Counted from the first letter of the stretch, positions 25,496-38,981 are shown. The stretch is 64,000 nucleotides of DNA from Takakia lepidozioides (GCA_030704615.1 CM060732.1:21142001-21206000), one strand, 5' to 3'. The notes: generated from the letters alone by a model not told the origin. Program-made: numbers and translations.

Positions 25496-26295
25496 CACTG
25501 CAAACGCACACAAATGTGTTGTGGTCAGGCTTCATCCCTTCCCCCATCATTTGGTCATGATAGGTCTCCAAAGGCTCCATCCCACTTCACTGTTGTGCAC
25601 ATCCTGCAAGCATCGTGCTCCACGACACCACATCTTGTTCAGCCATAGTGTTGAACACTCCCTCCACATCCTCAATGCTCTCACATATATTTGGCATACA
25701 TGTCCACGAGGGCATTGTTCAGAATCGCATCTATTACAATTCCAGCTTTGGTGATGCAACCATGCACCACTTTGCCCTTTTGCAGGGCTGCCAGATTTGC
25801 ACATGCACTGCAAACGCACAATCTTGTTCAGCCATAGTGTTGAACACTCCTTTCGCATCCTCAATGCTCCCACATTTGACATACATGTGTCCACCAGAGC
25901 AGTCATGTTCAGGATGACATCTGGTACAATTGCAAATTGTCACGATGGATCTCTTTGCCCTTTTCCAAGGCTGCCAGGCTCCCACACTCACTGCCAACAC
26001 ACACAAATGTTATGTGGTCGGGCTTCACCCTTCCCCCATCATCTGCTCATAGGTCTCCAAAGCCTCCATCCCATGCCCCTGCAAGCATCGCACTCCACGA
26101 CACCACATCTCGTTTAGCCATAGTGTTGAACACTCCCTTGGCATCCTCGATGCACCCACATTTGGCATATATTTCCACCAGGGCAGTGTTCAAAATGACA
26201 TCTGGTAATCTGCCAGGCATTCATCTTTTTGCCTCGGTTGTCCCACCATTGACTGGATCAGAAAAGTATTCATTCCACACCTTCTCCTCATCTCT
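25496..26295 (-). pseudogene. Degenerate PLS PPR fragments preceded by a PDF-like motif
   Basis: EEKVWNEYFSDP / SQWWDNRGKK (frameshifted) adjoins VILNTALVEIYAKCGCIEDAKGVFNTMAKRDVVSW. Confidence 0.75.
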
Positions 26296-26299
26296 TGTA

Positions 26300-26558
26300 C
26301 CTATTTTTGGATACCCCATTGCGAGATACAACTCTCTGGTTTTAGCCCGGTCAAATTGCTCACTTGCAGTGACCACCATAGGAGCTGCTCTATGTTCCAC
26401 ATGTCCATTAAAGTGGGACGAGTTATTCCTATAGGGATGAATAACAGGCAAGTATCTCCTATGACCAAGATACAAAACTTTTTTGCATGCCTTGGAGTAC
26501 CTGGAATCAACATTAGGGCCGCAAGCTGGGCAGGCCTTGTATCCCCCGTGTGCGCATC
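26300..26558 (-). pseudogene. CACTA transposase (Tnp2/TnpD, Transposase_21-like), downstream piece
   Basis: CAHGGYKACPACGP...LYLGHRRYLPVIHPYR...FNG continues in frame from ...DFPAYGLLAG at 39441 once CACTA-C and one TSD are removed. Confidence 0.85.
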
Positions 26559-28376
26559 CACTACAACAAATTGCGGCTTTTACGTCTCTGTGTTATGACT
26601 GCAAATGCAGTCATGGAAGCCATTTACGACTTCCTGACTCTGCAGACGTAAAGACCTAGTCAGTTGTGACATGGCATACGGACAGTGTAGTCCATGTCAG
26701 CGGCTGTGCAAGAGTGGCACGTGCTCGATGCAGGAAATGACACGTGGCAGAGTGTTTAGCTCTCCATGACTGCGAACTATGACTACGGGTGTGCTAATCC
26801 GGTTGCAACACGTGGCGCGTTGCAGTTTTTACATGTGGTCCATCAGCAGATTGACATGTGTCATGATGGGTGTTTTTTTGGGGTGTATTGCTATTTTTTT
26901 ACATATTTGTGTATTTCTGCCACGTGGTGTAGTACTATTGGAGAGTGAAAATAGATGTAGTCATTATTATGACTATGATAGCAGTCATGTACATGTCTAT
27001 TACAACAATGAAATATAATATATAATACAAAGAGAACAAGGCAGCAAGACATAACTGCAACAAGCTGAGCAAAACCAAGAGATTGCATACCATCTCTATT
27101 TACCAATCTATTTTGTTGCGATCTAAAAATACATTAAATAGTCGCATGTTCTCATGTGAATTATTTTGTCTAACTATAACACTTTGAAAAGTGTTCACCC
27201 AAAATCTTCTAACTACTCATGTATTCCATCAATCTGCAACCCATCAAAAACGGCTTGCATGGCTTTAAGAATTACTACAGCAAGGACATTTGTTTGTTTT
27301 CCAAGTTCTTGCATAAGATGCACCAACCAATATTGCATTGTGAGACACTCACTCGCTATACTCCAAAGCGTCCAGGGAAGGTCACTGAGCAACCTGCCAA
27401 GGCGGAAACAATTAAGAGAATTATCTAATACCATATATGAAAAACCAATGCCAGTGTTGTTTATGGTAACTTCTATCCCATGTCCTAAACAAACCAAAGC
27501 AAAAAGGTTGGTGTGTATTGGCGAAGTCGTCAGATACTTCACAAAGAAACATGCACTAAAAATGAAACCCAGGATGATAGGAAGGTCACTCACGTTTATA
27601 CAAAGACATCTTGCCCATTGCCCAGCACCCTGCGTCACCCACACTCTATCTCTATTCCTTCAGCTATCCATGCCTCTGCACAAATCAAGCATTCATCCTT
27701 GCCTTGCTGCTAGCAGCTGACAATGACAGCCTACATTTGTTCTAGGAAACACCCAACTCAGCGTAGCACACTAGTTCCTATGCTGAATTGCGTCTGCTAC
27801 TCTCTGAAATGTAGCAGGCATTCACCTTTCTGCCCCGGTTGACCCATCAGTGACTGGGCTCAGATAAGTATTCATTCCACAGCTTCTCCTCATCTCTGTT
27901 ACCTATTTTTTGACATTTTCCTGTTGTCACATTGGCAGTATCATGTCAAAGTCACTCCAAACTAGATTCACTCAACCAGCTAACTTGCAGAATTGAACAT
28001 GTAAATTTAGGGCCGATTCTGATAAGAGGGAAAAACAAGGTGAAATGTGTTGAAGAAGATGCCTTCATTAGCAGTGCCTGATTTTATCACTTGTGCGCTG
28101 CTCCCAGTTGACCATCTACCCATGCAGGTTTCTTGTAGCTATTGATCCACAAGGAATCACAGGTAATCTTGTGCTTGAAATCTGGCCTTCTTGGATGAAT
28201 CTGGACCCACACGAAATCCCTGCTCCTTCAGCTATCCATGCCTCTGCACAAATCATGCATACATCCTCGCCTTGCTGCTAGCAGCTGACAATGACAGCCT
28301 AGAATTGTCAAAGCAAACACTAGCAGGGAAAACAGGGTGAAATATGTTGAAGAAGGTACCTTCATCCTTTTCTCCA

Positions 28377-28871
28377 TCATTTGCTTTCAGGTGTCCAAAG
28401 CCCCATCCCGCGCTCCTGCTCTGCACACCCTTCAAGCATCGCATTCCACGACACCACATCTAGTTCAGCCATAGTGTTGAACACTCCCTTGGCATCCTCA
28501 ATGCTCCCACATTTAGCATACATGGCCACCAGAGCCATGTTCAGGATGACATCTGGTACAATTGCAGATTTGATGATGTCACCAGGGATCTCTTTGCCCT
28601 TTTCCAGGGCTGCAGACGCACTGCAAACGCACACAAACGTTATGTCGGCGGCCTTCACCCCTTCCCCCATCATTTTCTCAAAGGTTGGAGCCTCCATCCC
28701 GCACCCCAGCTGTGCATACCCAGCAAGCATCGCACTCCACGACACCACATCTCGTTCAGCCACAGTGTTGAACACTCCCTTTGCATCCTCAATGCACCCA
28801 CAATTGGCGTACATGTCCACCAGGCAGGGGCAGTGTTCAAAAGGACATGTGGTAATTTGACAGGCATTCAC
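28377..28871 (-). pseudogene. PLS PPR gene fragment inside CACTA-C
   Basis: LVDMYANCGCIEDAKGVFNTVAERDVVSWSAMLAGYAQLG...MYAKCGSIEDAKGVF; no complete gene. Confidence 0.8.
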
Positions 28872-29649
28872 CTCCTGACTTGGCTATTCCCAACCCATCC
28901 TGCCATTGGCAAGCGATTCCACAGAAACTGATAGTTGTCTGTTTGACTATATAACTATGTATCTCTTGCTTTCTTACAGCTTGTACTGTGACACGCGTAA
29001 TGCTCTTGTTGTGTTGAATCATTTCACGCCTTCAGGTTTCAAAACAAACATTACCGTCTTTCTTTATCAGACATGTGCACCAAGACAGAATCTCACCAAA
29101 AGATTGTTGGTGTTCAACAGTACCATACATGAAGATAACTAGCACCAAAAAGGCATATGAAGCTTATTCTGTTCTCCACTGGTATTAACTTGCACCAGGA
29201 CTTTCAATGGCTGTCTTCCAGTCCACCCACGGCCCGCTGTAAATGGCTTGCAACCTACAGATTTTCAAGAGAGCTGATTACCATGAAAATTTCAAAACTG
29301 GCTTTACAAACCTAATAATTCAAGCATAATCAGCATTCAAGCTAAGGAAGCTTTACAAGCATCGTGTTGCGAGTAAAGCCTTGGCAATGTCACCAGGAAA
29401 TCCCTGGCTGAATGGATGACACTGAAATAATGGAGCTTGAAATCCGGCCCTCTTGGACGAATTTGGGCCCACACTCTATCCTAATCCTTCAGCTATCTAT
29501 GCCTCTGCACAAAATCCTTCAGCTATCTATGCATACATCCTTGCCTTCCTGCTAGCAGCTGACAATGACAGCCTAGAATTGTTCCAGCAAACACCCCCAA
29601 CCCTACTTATCAACGAGCAATGAGCTAACTTACAAAATTCAATATGCAT

Positions 29650-30349
29650 CTCAGGGCGTCTGATGAGAGGGCAAAACATGTTGAAATAGGTCGAAGAAGA
29701 AGGTGCCCTCACCACACTGTCCTTGACCTTGTGTCATGACCCATGGAGGATTTGACCTTGTGTGTGATGCTTGTGTCTGTAGTCAGGTAATGTCGGATTG
29801 GTCAATGAGAACCTGCACCACGGTGCAGCTGAGCAGGCAGACTTTGAAACACGGTCTGCTAAGACCAAGCTGACTCTCCCAAGAACCTTGTAAACATCAG
29901 GAAGAATATCAAATCATGGTACTAACAGGAGCCAACAACCCACATTTGCAGGATGGACAAAATTCTGCACATCGTACATTAAAAAAAAACCACACCTTGC
30001 GATTGCGGTCGCACCCTCGTGAAGGATCTTAAAAAAACTCATGCCAGCTCTGCTCCATGATTCAAATTCAGGGCCGAGTCTGATGAGAGGGCAAAATAGG
30101 CTGAAATAGGTCGAAGAAGAAGGTGCCCTCACCACATTGTCCTCGACCTTGTGTCATGACCCATGGAGGATTTGACTGAACATGAACCCAAGATGACCTC
30201 TAGTGTGTGCTGCTTGTGTCTGTAGTTAGGTAATGTCGGATTGGTCAGTGAGAACCACCACGGTGCAGCTGAGTGGGCAAAGATTGAAACACGGCCTACT
30301 AAGACCAAGCTAACTCTCCCAAGAACCTTGTAAACATCAGGAAGAATAC
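29650..30349. repeat. ~420-bp tandem duplication; the second unit is interrupted by the MULE and resumes at 38292
   Basis: TCTGATGAGAGGGCAAAA...GTCGAAGAAGAAGGTGCCCTC at ~29660 and ~30080; the first unit shows the empty site CAGGAAGAATATCAAATCATGG. Confidence 0.8.
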
Positions 30350-30534
30350 GGGGGCTGCTATTTCATGAGCGGCATGAGCATGAGCGGCATGAGCATGAGC
30401 AGAAAAAAAAAAAACATGAGCAGACCATTGTAAGTCCACGGAAATAGGGTTAGGAGGCACGGAAATAGGGTCATGTGAAGTTGGAATGTGGCACCAGTGG
30501 ACTTGAAATGCAACATTTTATTGCATTTACTTGC

Positions 30535-32030
30535 CGAAAATGGCTAAGTCCCAGATCTGACTAGGCCCGGAACTGGAAAAATGGCGCCGAATTTCCGATT
30601 TTGGTGCCAGTCAGATCTGGGACTTAGCCATTTTAGGCCCCGAACTAGAACAATGGCGTTTTTTTTGTTTTTTTTGTTTTTTTTTCGGTGCCATTTTACC
30701 AGTTCGGGGCCTAAAATGGCTAAGTCCCAGATCTGACTGGGCCCGGAACTGGCAAAATGGCGCCGAATTTCCGATTTTGGTGCCAGCCACTCTAGGGACT
30801 TAGCCATTTTCGGCCCTGAAAGTACCCACTGGCTATGCCTCTGCTTTCAAAAAACATGTGGTCAAACAAAAGTTGAGCCAATTGAACTCGCTCTAGTACT
30901 TGAGATGGAGAGTGGGTGAGGTCTGTATGGTGGAGTCTTTTAGCAAAGGTGCCATTGGCTTGACTTATATAACGTGATAGAATGGTTTCTCCTCTTTTCA
31001 CCATTTCCGTATCACTAGAAGAAGACCTGCTTACATCTATAAGTGCAAGGTGTTAGCATAGTTAACACTTGTGTGTGGAAAAGAGCTTGATAGATAGCTC
31101 TTAAGTTACAAGCTGTTGCAGGGTTTGCAAGAAGAAAATCTTGTGGTGTTTATGTACAAGAGGAGGTCTTCAAGAAGAGCATCATTGAAAGTTTGAGAGC
31201 TTGTGAAGAAGCTCTTGTTCTGCAAGTGTTGCAGGGTTTGAGGAGTTCAAGAAGAGCTCGGGTGTTAAGGAAGCAAGTGGTGCATGTGTGTAGAGTATGG
31301 TTTCAGCTTGTGGGAGTCTTCAACTTCCATTTTTCCTGTTCGGGGCCGAAAATGGCTAAGTCCCAGATCTGACTGGGCCCAGAACTGGAAAAATGGCGCC
31401 GAATTTCCGATTTTGGGTGCCAGTCAGATCTGGGACTTAGCCGTTTTCGGCCCAGAACTAGAAAAATATCGGTTTTTTTTTTTTTTTTTTTTTTTTTTTT
31501 CGGCGCGATTTATCCAGTTCGGGGCCGAAAATGGCTAAGTCCCAGATCTGACTGGGCCCAGAAATGGAAAAATGGTGCCGAATTTCCGATTTTGGGTGCC
31601 AGTCAGATCTGGGACTTAGCCGTTTTCGGCCCCGAACAGGAAAAATGGCGTTTATTTATTTATTTTTAATTTCTTTTTATTTTATTTTCGGCGCCATTTT
31701 TCCATTTCGGGGCCGAAAATGGCTAAGTCCCAGATCTGACTGGCACCAAAATCGGAAATTCGGCGCCATTTTTCCAGTCATGCAGGTAATTCGAAGAGCG
31801 GATGGATGGAAATCCGGCGCCGGATTACCATCCGCCAACTAGGTCGGCGCGCAAAATTTCCGTCATGCAGGTAATTCGAAGAGCGGATGGATGAAAATCC
31901 GGCGCCGGATTTCCATCCATCCGCTCTTGGAATTACCTGCATGACTGGAAAAATGGCGCCGAATTTCCGATTTTGGGTGCCAGTCAGATCTGGGACTTAG
32001 CCGTTTTCGGCCCCTAACAAGAAAAATGGC

Positions 32031-32062
<32 letters not shown>

Positions 32063-32402
32063 CGGCGACATTTTTCCATTTCGTTGCCGAAAATGTCTAA
32101 GTCCCAGATCTGACTGGCACCAAAATCGGAAATTCGGCGCCATTTTTCCAGTCATGCAGGTAATTCCAAGAGCGGATGGATGGAAATCCGGAGCCGGATT
32201 TCCATCCACCAGGTAAGTCGGCGCGCAAAATTTCCGTCATGCAGGTAATTCGAAGAGCGGATGGATGAAAATCCGGCGCCGGATTTCCATCCATCCGCTC
32301 TTGGAATTACCTGCATGACTGGAAAAATGGCGCCGAATTTCCGATTTTGGGTGCCAGTCAGATCTGGCACTTAGCCGTTTTCGGCCCCGACATGGAAAAA
32401 TG

Positions 32403-32434
<32 letters not shown>

Positions 32435-35400
32435 GGCGCCATTTTTCCATTTCGGGGCCGAAAATGGCTAAGTCCCAGATCTGACTTGCACCAAAATCGG
32501 AAATTCGGCGCCATTTTTCCAGCCATGCAGGTAATTCGAAGAGCGGATGGATGGAAATCCGGCCCGGATTACCATCCGCCAACTAGGTCGGCGCGGAAAA
32601 ATTTCCGTCGTGCAGGTAATTCGAAGAGCGGATGGATGAAAATCCGGCGCCGGATTTCCATCCATCCGCTCTTGGAATTACCTGCATGACTGGAAAAATG
32701 GCGCCGAATTTCCGATTTTGGGTGCCAGTCAGATCTGGGACTTAGCCGTTTTCGGCCCCGACATGGAAAAATGGCGTTTTTTTTTTTTTTTTTTTTTTTT
32801 TTTGGGGCGCCATTTTTCCATTTCGGGGCCGAAAATGGCTAAGTCCCAGATCTGACTTGCACCAAAATCGGAAATTCGGCGCCATTTTTCCAGTCATGCA
32901 GGTAATTCCAAGAGCGGATGGATGGAAATCCGGCGCCGGATTTCCATCCACCAGGTAAGTCGGCGCGCAAAATTTCCGTCGTGCAGGTAATTCGAAGAGC
33001 GGATGGATGAAAATCCGGCGCCGGATTTCCATCCATCCGCTCTTGGAATTACCTGCATGTCTGGAAAAATGGCGCCGAATTTCCGATTTTGGGTGCCAGT
33101 CAGATCTGGGACTTAGCCGTTTTCGGCCCCGACATGGAAAAATGGCGTTTTTTTTTTTTTTTTTTTTTTTTGGGGCGCCATTTTTCCATTTCGGGGCCGA
33201 AAATGGCTAAGTCCCAGATCTGACTTGCACCAAAATCGGAAATTCGGCGCCATTTTTCCAGTCATGCAGGTAATTCCAAGAGCGGATGGATGGAAATCCG
33301 GCGCCGAATTTCCATCCGCCAGCTAGGTCGGCGCGCAAAATTTCCGTCATGCAGGTAATTCGAAGAGCGGATGGATGGAAATTCGGCACCGGATTTCCAT
33401 CCGCAAGGTTGGTCGGAGAGCGGATGGATGGAGATCCGGCACCGGATTTCCATCCTGCAGGTAAGTGGAATCCCGGATGGATGGAAATCCGGCGCCGAAT
33501 TTCCATCCTGCAGGTAATTCGAATCCCGGATGGATGGAAATTCGGCGCCGGATTTCCATCCTGCAGGTAAGTGGAATCCCGGATGGATGGAAATCCGGCG
33601 CCGGATTTCCATCCTGCAGGTAATTCGAAACCCGGATGGATGGAAATCCGGCGCCGAATTTCCATCCTGCAGGTAATTCGAATCCCGGATGGATGGAAAT
33701 TCGGCGCCGAGTTTCCATCCTGCAGGTAATTCGAATCCCGGATGGATGGAAATTCGGCGCCGAATTTCCGTCCTGCAGGTAATTCGAATCCCGGATGGAT
33801 GGAAATTCGGCGCCGCATTTCCATCCAGCAGGTTACTGGAATCCCGGATGGATCGAAATCCGGCGCCGAATTTCCATCCTGCAGGTATTTCATAGCTGAG
33901 AATTACCTTCCTGCAGGTAATTCTGATCAATGAATTACCTTCCTGTAGGTAATTCTCTGCAATGAATTACCTTCCTGCAGGTAATTCTGAGCGAGGAATT
34001 ACCTTCCTACCTTCGTTGATAAGAATTACCTGCAGGAAGGTAATTCATCGCTGAGAATTACCTGCAGGAAGGTAATTCATCGATCAGAATTACCTGCAGG
34101 AAGGTAATTCTCAGCGATGAATACCTGCCTAATGGAAATTCGGCGCCGAATATCCATACGCCAGCGATCCGACTTACCAGCTGGATGGAAATTCGGTGCC
34201 GGATTTCTATCCATCCGGATTCAACTTACCTGCTGGATGGAAATTCGGCGCCGAATTTCCATCCATCCGGGATTCGAATTACCTGCAGGATGGATATGCG
34301 GCGCCGGATTTCGATCGATCCGGGATTTCACTTACCTGCTGGATGGAAATTCGGCGCCGGATTTCCATCCATCCGGGATTCGAATTACCTGCAGGATGGA
34401 TATGCGGCGCCGGATTTCGATCGATCCGGGATTTCACTTACCTGCTGGATGGAAATTCGGCGCCGGATTTCCATCCATCCGGGATTGCACTTACCTGCTG
34501 GTGGAAATTCGGCGCCGAATTTCCATCCGGGGGCTGGTCTCTGTCGGAGAGGTGCCGGCCTCTCCGCCGCTCTGTTGGATATTCGGTGCCGAATTTCCGT
34601 CCGGCGGTTGAAATATGACGGCCAGGTGCCGACCTCTCCCCCTCCCCAACCGCATTGGAATGGCCCCGGATTGAAATTCGGCGCCGTTTTCCCATCTGGG
34701 GAGGTTTTTATGTCGGCCAGTTTTCAGTCTGACACCCCGACAAGACTTCCTTGGGGGGCCCGGATGGAAATTCGGCGCCGAATCTCCATCCAAGGGATGC
34801 TCTCTGTCGAACACGTGCCGACCTCTACGCCCGAGGCGACTTCATCCGGGTGTCCCCTGTTCGATATTCGGTGCCGAATTTCCGTCCGGGGGTTGAAATG
34901 TGACGGCCAAGTGCCGGCCTCTCCCCCCTCCCCAACCGCATTGGAATGGCCCCGGATTGAAATTCGGCGCCGTTTTCCCATCTGGGGAGGTTTTTATGTC
35001 GGCCAGTTTTCAGTCTGACACCCCGACAAGACTTCCTTGGGGGGGCCCGGATGGAAATTCGGCGCCGAATCTCCATCCAAGGGATGCTCTCTGTCGAACA
35101 CGTGCCGACCTCTACGCCCGAGGCGACTTCATCCGGGCGTCCCCTGTTCGATATTCGGTGCCGAATTTCCGTCCGGGGGTTGAAATGTGACGGCCAAGTG
35201 CCGGCCTCTCCCCCCTCCCCGACTGCATCCGAACCGCCCCGGATGGAAATTCGGCGCCGTTTTTCCATCTGGGGATGTTTTTATGCCGGCCAGTTTCCGG
35301 CCTGACCCCCCGACACGACTTCCTTTACCTGCTGGATGGAAATTCGGCGCCGAATCTCCATCCAGGAGATGTTCTCTGTCGCACACGCGCCGGCCTCTGC

Positions 35401-35470
35401 GCCCGAGGCGACTTCATCCGGGCTTCCCCTGTTGGATATTGGGTGCCGAATTTCCATTCGGGGGTAGTAA
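30535..35470. repeat. Arrays of palindromic GGCGCC-centred motifs: ~370-bp poly-T units, ~57-bp units in inverted arms centred ~34010, three ~286-bp units
   Basis: Consensus GGATGGAAATTCGGCGCCGAATTTCCATCC is a 30-bp palindrome; variants recur dozens of times with CCTGCAGG and CAGATCTG palindromes; interrupted by unique sequence ~30820-31325. Confidence 0.9.
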
Positions 35471-35733
35471 TGTGACGGCACGGTGCCGGCTTCTCCCCTT
35501 CAGCCGTCATCATCCGGACGGCCCCCCACTTTCTGACTGCATATTGCGCAAAGACCAGGGGCCGCATTCCGGAGACAAGGTTCATTAACACTCTGACTGT
35601 GGATTTTTGAGATAGTTGGCTCCCTGGATTTGGATCAGGCTTCGTCGCTCGGACAAATCGGCATCACATTCATTCCCATCGCTGCATCCCCCTTCTACCA
35701 GGGAGCTTCCCCGCACTCCATCCTGGGAGTCTT

Positions 35734-37908
35734 GTGTGCACATCTCCCATGGCGGAAAACCCGAGCGCTACAGTGTACTGCCCTCCTCACGAGCATAGAG
35801 CTTCATTTCCGTGCAGAGGGGACACCTGCCGGGTGATGGAGAAATATCTGTGCGTTCGATACCACCTGAAACCGGGGTCGGTTTTTTTGGAGGAGGAAAG
35901 GAAGGACTCTAACGGCCTTGTTGTCGACAGTATTGTTGTGCTCCACGATGATTTCGGCGATGGCAGAGAATGGCGAGTTCCACCATTGGAAAGCGTCATA
36001 TACAGGGCTGTTGGGGACTTTATTTGCCCGCCAAATGCACCTTCTATCCTGGCGCCTTCCACGAAACAATCCGCGAATCAGAGAGTGGCTACCTCAAAGA
36101 GAGAAGTCCGCAACGAAGTAAATCCAGAGCCGAACCCATCCATGAAGACGAGCCAGAACCGGGTTGTTCACAACCTGTCCGACTCAGACGAGGTCATGGA
36201 AGTTCCGAGGTCGTCCTGGAGATCAGGCAAGTCCTCAATGGACGTCAGTGGAGGAGGGAGTCATATTCCCAGCACGAGCACCGCAGTTCGATCTATTCTT
36301 GAAATTCTGCGAGGGCTTCACCTGGAGGGACACCGGTCGGAGCTGGCCGGGCTGGACTACAGCAAGTTCGCAATTAAATCGGTTACATGCCTTCCCGCCG
36401 ACGTCGACGGTAATATCTTCTTTGAGTTCCCTCCTCGGGCGGACTACTCGAGGGCGTCCGGAATGTTGACAGATATGGATAGAAAACATGACGGTCATCC
36501 TTGGTGCGTTACCAAAACCACCAGCATGAAGATGCTCGATGGTGTGCGGGTGCGCTACGTTGTTTGTGCGGGCGCGTTGCGGTGTTTCTCCCCAACTTGC
36601 TTCCACTTTAAATCCAGAGGTCACAGGAACGAGACCGATTGGACAGGCACAGCTCATCAACCATTTCGAGCTCAGGAGAAGGTTCCGAACTCCACATTTA
36701 AGTGTGCGCATTGCAAAGAACCACCACACTGCATGTCTGTTTGTAATGCCAAGCAGTTCTATGTGTTGCACCGTTTCCCTGACCTCACACCAGCTTGCAT
36801 ACACGTTGGTTCCCATTGTCACAAATTGGCGAGGGGGAACTCGCGGGAGGCTGCCCACGAAGCAGAGCAGCTCGTTCAGGAGGAGGTTAAGTTGAGATCG
36901 GGTGCCAAACCCAAACAGATACAGCTCCAAGCCGCCCATAAGATGGCATTGGCCAGAATTATGTCGGAAGACGGCTCCGATAGAGTTCCTCTCGACGAGA
37001 AGGAAATGGAGGCATTGCTGGAGTCGGTGTCCCACGTATGTTCACCGAATGTCCGAAACCACATTGTCTCATGCAAACAGAAAATTGGGCGTGGCTCGGA
37101 TATGCACTCCATTCTGGAGGTGAAGCGACGATGTGGATATGACTACATTCATGGAAGTAGGTTTCCAGGACAATGGACTGAGGCAGATCGTTGTTTCGTA
37201 TTCAAAATGTCCACGTGTGGACCTGGCAGCGGCGTCGAACTGGTTGACAGGATGACGAGTAGGAACTTGTCAAACAGTTTGGTCATGTTCGACCATATCA
37301 AGTGAATTACAAATCACCAGTGGGTGACAATGGGTGCACATGTCTACGACACCCACTGCAGGATGCTAATGACAATTGCTATTTGTGAGATGAAAGGAGA
37401 GGACACACAATCGGAGATGCTTCTTTGGCAGGGAATAAACGAACAGATGGCCAAGGCGGGATTGCCCCCTCCGAATTTCCGTGGTTTCATGGCAGACAAC
37501 GCACAAGCAAATTGGGCTGCCATCCGAAGGGTGTACGGGCAAGACCCCAATGTTCCCATGGAAGGCAAGGAGAGATCTTGTGGGTTCCATTTTCTGCAAA
37601 GCCTTTCGCAGTACACAACCAGGCTCGTGGCGCCAGATTTCAGAGAGGAGCACCGTTCCATGTGCCTTGCGTGGAAGCGCGCTCCTACCTTGGATGATGC
37701 AGAGACACAGTTTGCATGCATACGGGCTTGGTGGACATCGTCAGGTGTTGTAAGGAAATCAGACGAGGGAGCAATGGTCAGTTGGCTAGCATGGTGGCAT
37801 TATCGTTTCCTCCAGTTCGGCGACTATATGCGGGAGGTGAGTTGCACGTCTGAAAATGCTAAGTCCGAACTGGCTAAGTCCGAACATGCACTGGAAAAAT
37901 GGCGCTGA
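35734..37908 (+). pseudogene. MULE transposase with N-terminal Cys/His (WRKY/GCM1-like) DNA-binding region; one in-frame stop
   Basis: ORFs 35734-37305 and 37324-37908 share a frame, separated by TGA (probably CGA>TGA). Motifs VMFDH, FRGFMADNAQANW and CxxH (RSCGFH) fit MULE DDE transposases. The C-terminus may be spliced or deleted. Confidence 0.75.
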
Positions 37909-38780
37909 ATTACCTGTCATGAGGGGACCTATAGCCGCGGAATTCGTTCCCATTTTTCGCCAGAGAGACCTATTACCGCGAAATACGTCGCCGTTTTTCA
38001 GGTTACGGACCCTATTACCGCGAAATTCGGCGCCATATTTGCACATGTCGCTGGGAATTGGCATGAGCGGAAGACGAAATATCATGAGCACAACTGTCAA
38101 AAGTGCAATTTTCCCTTCAAGGGGCCGATTAATATATTTGTTTTTCCTGACACATTGCATTAAATTATTGTTTTTTATTGTTTTTTATTTTCGAAATTTG
38201 TACTTCTGCTCATGAAAACCGATTGTGTTACTACTCTGCTCATGCCGCTCATGCCGCTCATGCCGCTCATGCTCATGAAATAGCAAACCTCGAAGAATAC
38301 CAAATCATGGTACTAACAGGAGAGCCAACCCACATTTGCAGGATGGACAAACTTCTTCACATCGTACATTAAGAAAAAGCCACACCTTGCGATTGCGGTT
38401 GTCCCACCATCGTGAAGGATCTTTTAGAAACTCATGCCAGCTCTGCTCCGTGCTGTAAAATCAGGGCCGAGCGGGTAGAGATCGAAACACGGCCTGCTAA
38501 GACGAAGCTGACTCTCCCAAGAACGGCGGGCTCCCAGCCGAAACCTCCTCGCATACATACCCTAGCGTTTCTAGGGTTGCTTGCTCCAGATGCGAAGGTT
38601 GATCCAACTGCGGGCCTCCCATGCATGTTTGCCCTCTCTCCCGCTCGCTCGCTCTAAGTCCCAACCCTCTCTCTCTCTCCTTCCCGCTCGCTCTAAGTCT
38701 GTTCACGCTACTGTGATGGGCAACTTTTTAAGTTTTTTAACCTTTTTGTAAACCCTAAGAGCCCATTTTTGATTTTTTTT

Positions 38781-38981
38781 CTTTTTTTTTTTTTTTCTTA
38801 AAGGAAACCACAAGCCCTTGAGGAGGGGGAAAATTCACCCGCCTTCATTTATGGGCCATAAGACCTACAGGACGATCAACGTCAAGACATACCGTCTCGA
38901 ACAATCCCACACACGGGATAAGGGCAGCGGGTTTGAACCCCAAACCACAAGGGCGACACACTGTGCACTTACCAGCCGATG
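38781..38981 (-). mobile_element. Probable tRNA-derived SINE
   Basis: B-box-like GGTTCAAACC and an A-rich tail on the minus strand; possible TSD TGATTTTTTTT (38770-38780, 38982-38992). Confidence 0.5.

Larger units (their letters stand above)
30350..38291 (+). mobile_element. Mutator-like element (MULE) with long palindromic subterminal arrays
   Basis: 9-bp TSD GAAGAATAC (30341-30349, 38292-38300); G-initiated TIRs sharing TGCTATTTCATGAGC plus CATGAGCGG repeats; encodes a DDE transposase. Confidence 0.9.

Noticed and set aside
23012-25513. Functional long PPR protein encoded by the array
   Set aside because: Monomers of 125 and 130 bp shift frame repeatedly and cover only parts of two motifs
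27166-27720. 184-aa and 143-aa opposite-strand ORFs inside CACTA-C
   Set aside because: No recognisable domain and non-ATG starts; cannot be supported without a search
31284-35591. Many overlapping ORFs (MEIRRRISIH..., DGNSAPNFHP...)
   Set aside because: They are translations of palindromic tandem repeats, open on both strands, with no domain signature
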